NCBI GenBank assembly: GCA_964199315.1
Contig: OZ116698.1
Span: 27,032,001 to 27,096,000, forward strand
DNA: 64,000 nucleotides
Origin: Orbicella franksi
Taxonomy: Eukaryota
Reading direction: 5' to 3'
Made by a program: the position numbers and the translations under genes. Under the pieces are notes generated by a model. It ran no database searches. It saw nothing but the letters and a program-made list of their open reading frames with translations, and had not been told where the DNA came from. Shown piece after piece: positions 50,001 to 62,000 of this stretch (within the stretch, counting starts at the first letter, position 1; the number at the start of each line of letters is the position of its first letter).

Positions 50001-53000
50001 TCAGTGGACGGTGAGCATAACAGCAACGGACAGCGGAAAGCCAGCCCTGTCTCTAACACAAGCGTTTACCATCCAAGTGATTGACGTCAATGATGCTCCA
50101 AGTGGAATGACAGTAAGTGAGAGTTGTTTGTTCTGATAGAGAAATCTTCCATTGCGCTGTTAAGAGCACGTGTTAATAGGGCAATATGACAATTTGGCGT
50201 CATTTGAAGGGCCTACATCAAGAATGGCGCATCTTGAGAAATGTTGTCCACTTTTTTTTTTCAAATTTTATCATTCCAAGGAAATCTTTCCCAATCGTTC
50301 TCAATCTTATCCATCCTTCATTCTGTTTGGTTTAGTGTTATCTCTTAATCTTTCGTGTATTTATCGTAGTTAGCTATTATTTTGACGAAAACTGTAACGC
50401 AGTTGTGAGATACTCACAACATCTCCAATGAATGGACGCTGGATAATTTTTTCATGTTATATGACGCCATTTCTACCTTCTATTGTCTAACTAAACATCC
50501 AATGCCGTACAAACTCTGTTAGTATCACGGCAATGATTGTGACTGTTCAATTGATTCTTCACTTATATCTTTGCCTTTTAGCTCTCGAGTTTTGCTGTCG
50601 ATGAGAACAGTGCCAAGGACACTCTGGTTGGGACACTGACGGCGTTAGATCAGGACACCTCCCAAAAGCACACATACCAACTGCTTAACAGCTCCTCGGG
50701 TAGATTTAAAGTCGATGGAAACAAACTTAAGGTAGACTTTGCTTTTCCACCAAAGGCGTAACCTCTTACATCCACTTCTCTCTTCGATCTTTCGATTTGC
50801 TCTGACACTACGCTGACGTTCGAACTGATAACTGCATGTTTTAATCCTAAACTATAGCTTATTCACTATCACCAATATTAACTCCAATTCATTTTTCAAG
50901 GTGGCTGTTTCCAACAAACAATGTCTGAGCCAAGGAGGTTCTTCTTGTCTCTTGAACTACGAAGCTCAAAAGAGTCATGTGATCCGAGTCAAAACGACAG
51001 ATGACGGCACGCCTCAGCTATCGTTCGAGAAGGACTTCAGTATTGACCTGCGGGATGTCAATGACAAACCACGTGACCTACAACTATCCAATAACAAGGT
51101 GAAGGAAAATGCAAACATCAACACGATGATTGGCAGGTAAGTAACACGCGAGATTTTCCGGAATATCTCTCAACGCTACAGATTTTGAGGGGGTGTTCAA
51201 ACTCATTTTAGTCTAATGAATTCGCTCTTTTCTTTTTCTCTCGTTGACAGCTTTACATCACGTGACGAGGACACCAGCCAACAGTTGACGTATTCATTGT
51301 CGAATGATGACAGCGGTCGTTTTAGAGTTGATTCCCAGGGAAGGCTGTACAAAGCAAAGGACACCGATTATGAAACCCAGACTACGCACATCATTAGGGC
51401 GGTGGTAAAAGACAACGGAAATCCATCTATGAAGGTGATTTAGGTCTACAAAACCTTCGCACTACCATTGCATCCCGCTAATCCGTAGGTTTAAACCTCT
51501 TCATAGTGGGTGTTTAGTAAGGCTTACAACTAGGATAAGAGGCTTAAATTTTTTGGGCTTATGACCGGAACGAATGACCATCATTGCCTTCTCCTCCTCC
51601 ACCTCCGCCTCCTCCTCCTCATCATCATTATCATCATCATTTTAACCACCACGATGCCCTTCTTTTCTTTTGACCTGTTTTCTCTTTCGCCATGACGATG
51701 TCTTGTTTCCTTTTAGATGGAGAAATCGTTTACAATCGAAGTGTTGGATGTGAACGAGGCACCAATCGGCATCAATATAACGTCTCAAGGGGGGCAGCTG
51801 ACTTTCCCCGATGGACATGCGCAGATCCGCGAGAACTCTGCTACCGGTACAGTGATCGGAAAGCTACAAGCTTTGGACCAAGATGCTGTTCAGACACTTG
51901 CTTTTAAACTAGATGATGACGCTGGCGGGAAGTTTACACTAGAATCATCATCTGCGGGTTGCCAGACAATCACTAACATTCCTGGTGTGAACACAAGGTG
52001 TACTGTCGATCTGAAAGTTAATGGAGCTCTGGATTACGAAACCTCTAAAGAGTATCTCATAACCGTGCGAGTGACAGACAAGAAAGGACTTTTCACTACA
52101 AAGCAGTTAAAGATTAGCATCGTTGACCAAAATGATGCGCCTGAAAATGTAACGCTTAGTGGAAGTTACACGGCAAGTGTGAATGAAAACACAAACGGTG
52201 CGTTAGTTGGACAACTGATGACTAGTGACCAGGACGTTGCGCAGTCGCACATGTATAAACTCCTGGACGATGCCGGTGGTCGATTTGTGATTCAAAACGA
52301 CAAGCTTTATGTCTCGTCTTCGGCAGATTTGGATTACGAAGTTCAAAAGAGTTTTACTGTTAAAGTGCAAAGCAATGACAGTGGCACACCTTCTCTTGGC
52401 TTAGTGCAAGATTTCCAGATCACCGTCCTGGATGTAAACGAAGCCCCAGTCAATATCACCCTCGCGCCCGCGAACATCACCGAGAACAGCCAACCTGGTA
52501 CAGTGATTGGTCAGCTGACTGTCAGTGACCCGGATAATTATGGATCACGCGGTACATGGCAAACGCACAACTGTCAAGTGGCCGGAAACCAGATTGGGAA
52601 ATTCACGATTCAATCCAAAGTCCTTGCAGTAGGAAGCGCAAGCATAGACTACGAGCTGGCTTCAGTGATAAGTGTGGAGGTGAAGTGTACGGACACTGGC
52701 TCACCGCCATTGTCCCTTGTGACGACTTTATCCATCACGGTGATTGACATCAATGAGGCACCTACGGCAATCTCTTTGTCTAGCGCCGTCATAGCGGAAA
52801 ATCAGCCGCCATCTCTAATAGGTTAGAAATACTACCTTGAAAATCTTGAAATAGTAACTTATCGTGGTTCATTTTCTTGATTTGGACATTTAACGTCATT
52901 GGTTTTTTTCTACAACAAAAGTTCATTTTATTCAATAACTTGCTTGTGTTGTTGTCATTTTCAGGACTTCTTTCTACCGCTGACCCGGATAATGCAAATC

Positions 53001-56000
53001 AACCAACAGACCGGCAGTCCTTTACCTACAGGTTCATGGGTGACACTGCTGGACTTCCGTTCGTAATCGACGGTAACGCATTGAATTCAACATCAAGCCT
53101 GAACTACGAGACCCAGTCTTCATGGAACATCACAGTGCAGTCTTTGGACAGCGGTGACCCTCAGCTTAGTGTTGTGACGGATTTCCAGATATCTGTTGTA
53201 GGTAGGTGACACGTTCCATTTACGGAAACTTTACAGCTGTCCAACCTATCTAGTCAACAAGAGGTTTGGAGCGAAAATGTAAGACGCTGGATTCAAGACG
53301 TTTGAAAAAAAAAACCGTTATAACAAGTGTGGTGGCAAAGCAAATTACGACTCTATAAAATTATTAAATGTCTACGCATATGAGACGTACAAAGGTTAAC
53401 TCTTCAGGCAAACTGGACTAACACATGCGGACTTCATTGGAAAATCCATAAGGGGGTTTGTTACTATTGTAGTTGTAAAATGTCGACTTATTTGTTGAGT
53501 TAAGAGCTCATGCCCATGTATTGTACTTACCAGAAAAAAGTGGAGCGAAGTTACTCGCATATTGAAATATTTTGTTGTTTACTCTTTTGTAGACGTCAAC
53601 GAAAAACCATTTAACCTCACTTTGTCTAATACATTCGTGGACGAAAATGCCCCACAAGATACAGTTGTCGGAAAGTTTTCTTCACAAGATCCAGACCGCG
53701 CCCAAACTCACACTTACACTCTAACCGACGGAGCGGGCGGGAGATTTAAAGTGGTTGGAAACAAACTCAAAGTTTCCTTGTCCAACGTTGACTGCCTTAA
53801 AAATGGCGGGGCTTTCTGCAAGTTGAACTACGAGAAACAACCGTCTTACACAATAACAGTGCGCGTCACCGACAACGGAAGTCCACCTCAGAGCAACGAA
53901 GCAAGCATGTCGATTTCCCTGAATGACGTCAATGACCAACCACGTGACTTTAAACTGTCGAGTCGTACAGTGAAGGAGAATGCTACACTTAGCACCAAAA
54001 TAGGTCGGTTTACTGCTACAGACGAGGACAAGTTCCAAACGCTAACGTTTTCCCTGATTGACAATGATGGTGGAAGGTTTGCGATTGATTCTTCGGGTTA
54101 TTTGTTTAAGGCTAAGGACACAGATTACGAGACGAACAAGGCTCACAAGATTGTGGCGCAGGTTATTGATAACGGAACGGTGCCTCTGAAAGTAAGTTTT
54201 TTTTCTGACAAAAGTACTCTATAGAGTATTTAACGGGATAAAAAAGTTAGCGAAATGTAGCTGCTTTTGCCTTATTTAGGCTAGTGGACTCATTGACAAC
54301 ATTCGCCCTCGTTTGAATGTGGTCAGTTCGTTAATTCGAGCGTCAATTATCAACGTACAAATTCTCATTACTGGTCGCTACCCTCTTGTCATGGTATTAG
54401 TTGGGAGAAGTTGTTCAACTATCGCGAATATTAATTTGTGTCTGGTGTGATCGCTTCTTTAATTCTCATGACCTTTCCTTATGACCATAGATATATTTTT
54501 TAAAGGTCGTGAAATTTGATTCTCTCTTGACGTTCAGAGAGTCACGTGGTTTTACCTAACAAGGTCACGTGTTTCTTACAGGTCACCAAGACGTTTACGA
54601 TCGTCGTGGAAAACGTCAACGAAGCTCCCATAAACACGACAATGACATCGGCATCGGGACAACAGTCTTTCCCCGACAACGCGCCAAAGGTGGACGAAAA
54701 CACTCCAGCAGGTAACACGGTGGGGACACTTCAAGCCCTGGATCACGATGAAGTGCAAAACTTAACGTTCTCTTTAGATGTCGACGCCGATGGCAAGTTC
54801 ACCGCGGGCTCACAGGTCACGTGTCACAACATTACCAACATCCCAGGCGTGAAAACAAAGTGTACCGCACTGCTACAAGTCAGCGGTGAGCTGAACTTCG
54901 AGACGAGTCCCAGTGAAGATATCTTGGTTCGCGTGACTGACGCCAAGGGGTTATTCCACGTGCAGCCGTTCCAGGTCGCAATATTAGATGTTAATGACCA
55001 ACCGAGTAATATTACTTTGGCGGGTGGTGATACGGCATTTATCGACGAGAACGTAAATGGTGGTTATGTCGGTGATCTCGCGACCACTGACGAAGATGCA
55101 AACCAGACACATAGATACAGCCTGATAAATAACGGTGGATGGAAATTTGCCCTCAGGAACAACAAGATATATTCCTCTTCTTTCGCAAACTTGGATTACG
55201 AAACAAAGTCTGAGTATACAATTTGGGTAAGAAGCACAGACAATGGTAGCCCAAGGTTGAGTTTTAACAAAACGTTCACTGTTCAGGTTAGTTGGGTTTA
55301 TTTACTTCAATTCTTTACATATCACATGCTATGTAAATTTTACTATCTTCAAATTCCGCCAGGCATTACCGTGATCATAGCTGGGGATACAAGAACACGT
55401 TTTTATGGTCCTATGAGAAAATGACGTGTAAGCTTCGAAACGTCATGCTAGGATTATAGAACAACTAACATTCAAGAAACGAAACTGCAGTTAATAGCAC
55501 AACCACAGAAACCGTGGTTCAGGTTAACTAATGAAAAAAAGCCTAGCGATTATATAATTTGTAAAGATGAATTTTTTTTTGGGAGGGGGGGGGTGTGGGG
55601 GGAGGGAATTGCCTATTCACTTACTTAATTACGCGTAGTACCCCTCAACTACAAGAGTCCTCCAGCTATCTCTGTCCTGCGCTTTCCTTTCCAGCTGACT
55701 CCAGGTCAGCCCCAATCTCTTGATGTCTGCTTCCAGGTCCGTCTCCATGAGTTCCCAGGCCGTCCCCTTTTTCTCTTTCCCTGGGGGTTCCAGGACAAGG
55801 CTCGTCTTGTGATGTTGGTAGACGGCCTATTTACATAACATATTTTGCACTAGTTTCCCATTCCCCTGGTTTACACGGGTGATTTTAGGTCACCTTAAAA
55901 TTTCAACGAGCCAACAGCGATCATGACATCATTACAGAAAATCTAAGCTAATATTACAGAGCAACTAAAATTTAGAAACGAAACTGCAGTTAATATATCT

Positions 56001-59000
56001 TAAAAGTGAAGAAATCTAATGCTGCGAATTGTTTGTTTACAGGTGCTTGATGTGAACGAGCGACCAACAGGTTTCGTTTTGTCCTCGACAAGCGTCCCAG
56101 AAAATAGCCCCAAAGGAACACTGGTCAGCAATATAACTGTAATAGACCCTGACGATCAGGGAACTAGAGGGCCCTGGCAAAATCATTCCTGCCGAGTTTT
56201 AAATCCCTCCAATAATCCTTTTATGGTCAACGGGACAGAAAACTCTCTTATTGTGACCGGTGGTTTGAACTACGAGAAGAAGAAAAGCTATAGCGTGTAT
56301 ATTCGATGCCTCGATAGTGGAAACCCGCCTTTATCTTTCGGCAAAATTGTCAAAATCGACGTCACTGACGTTAACGAGCCTCCCTACGACATCACACTAT
56401 CCAACAATGAGGTCGCTGAGAATGCCGGGATCGTCACTGTGGGACGTTTGGATACCGCTGACCCGGATAATGAACAGACCGTGGTACAGACGTTTAGTTA
56501 TAGTATCGTGGATCCTTCTGGGAGCGTTCCATTTGTCATTGCTAATGATGCACTCAATACTACAAGAAGCTTGGATTACGAAGCTAGAGCCACGTGGACG
56601 CTGGTTATCAAATCTGTGGACAACAAAGGTTAGTTGTTCTCTCAGAAAAGCACTTTGCCAAAATTACTTCCGCGTAAGATGAGCTCGGCTTAGGACCTGA
56701 AACTGAGACTTCGCAATATAGGTTTCTCCAGAGGACGCCATTCTACAGTGATGCGAATAGCTGTAGCTGCGTTGGAGAAGGAGCGTTGTAATTGTTATCG
56801 AGAAAATTTTATGACAAGAGCTTGCCATTCTTCTTTGGAAAATGTGCTTAAAGTTGCATTGTATCGGAGAACGGATCTACCATTGGGCTTTTTCACCATA
56901 GTTTATTATTCGTATTTGTAAATTTTTTGTTAGGCCTTAGCACGACAAAGAATTTCACCATAGTCGTCAGGGACAGAAATGATCCGCCCACGAACCTAAC
57001 AGCCAGCGCTCCTTTAAGTGTTTACGAAAACAGCCTATCTGGAGAGTACATAGGGAGCTTGATCACCGCTGATCAAGATGTTGCACAGACGCACCAGTAC
57101 AAGATTGTCGATGTCGTAGCCCGGGGACACCGCACACAGAGGTATGGCGGGCGCGCAATGTACCTTTGTAGTTACATCGGAAGATCTTAGCTTTTTCCCG
57201 TGCAATTCTCTAAGTGTTGTTGTGTCTTTTTTGTTTTTGTTTACAGCAGTTCATCTTATCTTCTTGGTCTCTTTGCTGTTGAGTCGCCTTCAGGGCGTAT
57301 AACCCTTCAGAAGTCTGGGCTCGATTACGAGCAGTACGCCAACTACACGGTGACCGTGAACAGTACAGATAATGGTTACCCGCCTTACTCTGTGACAGGC
57401 TCGTTTGTTGTCAACGTGAGAAACGCCAATGAACAACCGCAGAATATATCACTGACTGCAAACCAGGTAATGTATTGTTGGAGACTGAAAAGCGAAACAC
57501 CGTTGAAAATAGGAGCTGGCGATTTTACAGCGTAATTTTTAGGACAAAGCAAACTTAAATTAGATCAATAATGCTTTGATTTGATAGAACTGCAGTAGAG
57601 AATTCACATGAATCCATAGGAAGGGAGGATGACTGACGAAGATGGAAATGGATAACAATATGAATGAGCATAATAACGTGAGGCTCGAATTTTCAAGTTT
57701 GGTTTGAGAATCTTTCGAAAAATTCAGTTTTTAGTACTTTTTCGATACATTCGGTCAATATTTTGCTATTTTTCGAATTTACTTCTTAACAGGTTTGATA
57801 CTGATCTTCTCCAAAGACTGTCTCCAGGTCTACGCCATTAGCCAGTAAAGCTTAAGATATTAATTTTCCGCTATACCCTTCGTTTTTCCTGATGTTTTAG
57901 GTTCCCGAAAACAGTCCTGTGGGTACAGTGGTTGGCAATTTGTCAGTGTACGACCCAGACAATCTTCACCTGCCTCTACAGAAGTTCCTCTGTTCAGTAG
58001 TAGATGGAGGACCATTTAAAGTATGTATGCAATAGACCTAAAGGCGTGTATTCTGTCAATGCTCGATCATCAACCTCGTTCCCAAGGGCCTTAAAATTGA
58101 AAGAGCCCTGAGAACGAATTTGCCGGCTTGTGTTGTTGTTGTTTTTTTTTTCACCAAAATGGAGAAGTAGTTAGCGATTCCCCCGTGATAGAGAAAGATG
58201 ACACGCGCAAGTGAGCAAGTGACACTTTGGCAGAGGGAAAATCGTAGCCGGTGCTATTGAGGTTAAGATCATGTTATAAATTTGCAGTTCGTGACGGATT
58301 AGCTTCCTGTACCCGTCGATTGTGTTGCCTTACGGGAATACTTTCTGAAACATTTACTCGGAGTAGTTCTCTGAAAGCTTGTGGCATGATCAAATGTTTA
58401 ACACGTTATCGCATCAGTAGTTTGATCCAAAGGTGTGCAATGACTTTGTCATTATAACCTACAGCGACTAGGAATGTTGCTACAACCGCTACAGCTGGTA
58501 CTACCGGTCTAATAGGATGCTCGGCACTGTCCACTTAAGGTTCTCCCCCTTCTCCTCTGACAATCCATTGCCCTTCAATTTGTCAAGTTTTTCCAGTATT
58601 CATACATCAGGGCTGACAGAGACACTGTGAGGATCAAATGTCAAAGAAATTCGGCCGGTCGATCGAATTCTCCACTTCTGAATCTGAACCCGGGCATATA
58701 AAGATGATTCCATTGAATCAATCGATATGTATTTATTATAATTTGTTGCATTCGCTGACGTTAACGGCTCTATTGCTGCAAACTCTTTTGCAGGTTGTTA
58801 ATCACGTGACTCTTGTGGTGGCACAAAACACCGTGGATTACGAAGCATTAGACTTGTACACAGTAAACGTAAGCTAATCTATAACAATTTATCAATCAAT
58901 GATTCTTTCCCGTTTTAAATTTCTATCAGTGGTTATCGCGTCCAACCGATATCTGATCTGGGAGGTCAAGGGTTCGAACCTTTCGTAGATTTTATTTTTG

Positions 59001-62000
59001 TCCCACGAACGTGACAAATAGACATTTCATCTTTACCAATGGTCTTCTTTTATCAATTAAAATAAAGCAAAGTATTTGTCTTTTCTCCTTCAGGTTAGCT
59101 GTACCGAGCTGTTACCCAACCCTCTCTCCGTCTCTGCACTTTTCACCATCAATGTCCAGGATGTGAACGAGGCCCCCTATAATCTGACCATCTCGTCTAA
59201 GACTGTGGAAGAAAATGGATTCCCTGGGGATTTCGTGGGCAAGCTCAGTGTTCTTGATCCTGATTTACCGGTGAGATAATTGTTTGTCCGAATATTTCCG
59301 CCGGATAGAGGTGTCATTGCAAAACAAATGATCTTTTGCACAGGCTTAAAAAATGCAACGTTCATGACAAGGCCGAGGCTTTTTGAATTTTCTGGAAGCT
59401 ACCTTAAAGAGCAATGCCTCGATATATTTATATTTCGTCAGATTTTGAATTTGCTTTCAAAAATTAGTTTCAATAGGCCAATTTAATTTCGATATATTTA
59501 ACTCCTAACGTGGCTCCGAGGCTTAGGGGAATGAAAACAAAAGAAATCATATCGAAGTTGAATAATTAATTTCTTTTGTTTTCTTTCCCTTATCTTCGGA
59601 ACCAAGTTAGAATTTTAATATATCAGAATTAGCCTATACTCAAATTTACTAAAAGGAACGGCCTTGTTTTAGCGAATTATTAACCTTTGACTGTTTTTCC
59701 GACTCTTTTCATTTAATTCTTGTTTTGTATTTCATTAAAATATTCCCTCACTTCATCGTTCTAAACAACTTTTTTTTACAGGCCAGCGGACAAGCCAATG
59801 TATCACTTGCAATCAAAGACCAGTCACCGGACTCCGACGCACTTAAGTTGATTGGCGATTCCCTGCTAGCGACCAGATCGCTTGACTTTGAGACACAAAG
59901 CTCGTACAACGTGACAATCGTTGCAACGGACAGCGGTAACCCACCTCTCAGCACCAGTCTCACTGTCACGATAGAGGTAAAAACAATGTTTAAAGATTTT
60001 CTCAGTCTCGTAATGTATCCTTAGTAGGTGCTTTGAAATGGAACAGATTATTACACAGTAAGGTTTATATACCATGTTACCGATATCGAGGGTCAAACTG
60101 TGCTATCGCCTCCCGGGTGTAGCGAGGTCCTTACAACTGAAGAGGCCAAGGGGCCGATATTCTCCTAGTACAATCACAAGTAAGCTAAGTAAGATTTATT
60201 ACACCACTTAGTGATCAGCTCTTTTTCGGAACTTTGGAGTACAACAACTAAAATTAAGAGGAGAATGACTAGAAAGAGGCATTTAAAGTTGTCTAGTTGT
60301 CTTATTTAGTTGTCTTAAAATTCGTGAAAGATGTGGAATTTCAGACCGAAAAATAGCCAAGAACAAGGGCTTAATTTGAGAATCATTTCGCTGCAGGTGA
60401 TTGACGTAAATGACCCACCTACTTCCATCAGTCTGGTGTCTAAAGGAATCTACGAAAACGCAACTGCCGGTGCGGTTGTAGGTGTACTGCAGGCTCAAGA
60501 TGAAGATGCAAATCAATCGCATCACTTCCAGGTCATTTCTAGTCAAGGTATGTTCAGATCTTGTTTTGTCATTTTTGTCACCACAGTGTGACTTTCTTTC
60601 CTACTGAAGCCAGCTTGTTGTTGTTTTGCTTTCAAAATACACCATCACACATCGTGCGACGCTTGAGCTTGTCTTGTCACCACGCCCCAGACCGAGTTAT
60701 TGGATTTCAACTACCGTTAGAAGGCCAAGGTGAGTCTAATAATCCTTTATTTGTTTAGTTACAGATGCGTTCACTGTCGATGGAAACCAGCTGCAGCATA
60801 GCAACGTGCCACTGAATTACGAGGCTACGCCGGTTATCAACGTGACCATTAATGCTACTGACAACGGATCCCCTCGATACTCAGTACAGGTTTGTCTTAG
60901 CGTTACAATGTAACCTTAACAAGAAAACTCACATGCTTAGTGCTTGATAGAGTCACTGTAGAACCAGAACTCAATATTGTGACGAACACCAGTGCTGGTT
61001 AGTGCCAAAAATTCACTCATCTCTTTTTTTAAAAGGAATACAAACGAAGGATTTTTTCATTCTTTTTCTCTCAGTGTTGTCCGTAAAAGCAAAAGGAAAC
61101 AGTTTCTATATATTCCCTCAGCATTTTAATTTCTCGTTCTTCCAAATTTCCATTCGTGTTATTATAACTCGAGAGAGAAAGAGAAAAATTGTGTTCTATT
61201 CCTTAGATCTCGACAACATATTGACCCAGTTTTGTTACTTATCGAACTCACTATTAACAAGTCAACTCTTTGATTTCACTGTTAGGATGTTTTGTCTGTA
61301 ATGGTCCTCGATAGCAACGATGTGCCGTCGGACATAACCTTCAGCTCATCTCTGTCGGCACCCGACAACACTTCGTTCAGTGTCGTACTACCCGAGAACA
61401 GCCCGAGTAGAACTTCGCTGGCGAACTTAAGTGTGGTTGATCAGGACATATCGCAACAACACAACTGCGAACTTCTTGAGGGAGGAAATTACTTTTACAT
61501 AAGTTCAGTGTCGAAGTCGTCATCGGAGATTCGCCTGAAACAAGGCGTAGTCTTAAACTACGAAAGTCATCTGAGCACTCCAATACAAGGTAAGCCAATG
61601 ACTGTTATGTTTTGTTAGCTGTGTACCTCTATATCTTTCTGCGAACCAGATTTTCATTCTAGAAAAATACTAAAAAACACTATAATACTATGGGGAAATC
61701 ATTATTATTATCATCATCATCACAATCCTTCTAACACCTCAGGGGGGTGTTTGAGGCCGCTTACTATGGGGAAATACTGCTCAATAACTTTCATTTTAAT
61801 GGTAAAACGTAAGTATTTCATCCATGGGCTAAAAAGTTGAAAGCACATTACTCGCCTCTGAGGCAAAATGTGAAGTTTTTTCTAATTTTTTTCCAAATAA
61901 CAGTTGCAGTCAAATGCGAAGACAACGGTAGTCCGCCATATTCCGTGCAAAGAAACTTCAGCGTTCAGCTGTCAGACGTGAATGAAGCTCCTTTTGACAT

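Noticed and set aside
58921-58995. Possible tRNA gene
   Set aside because: A/B-box-like strings only; stems do not form a cloverleaf. Better explained as a SINE head.
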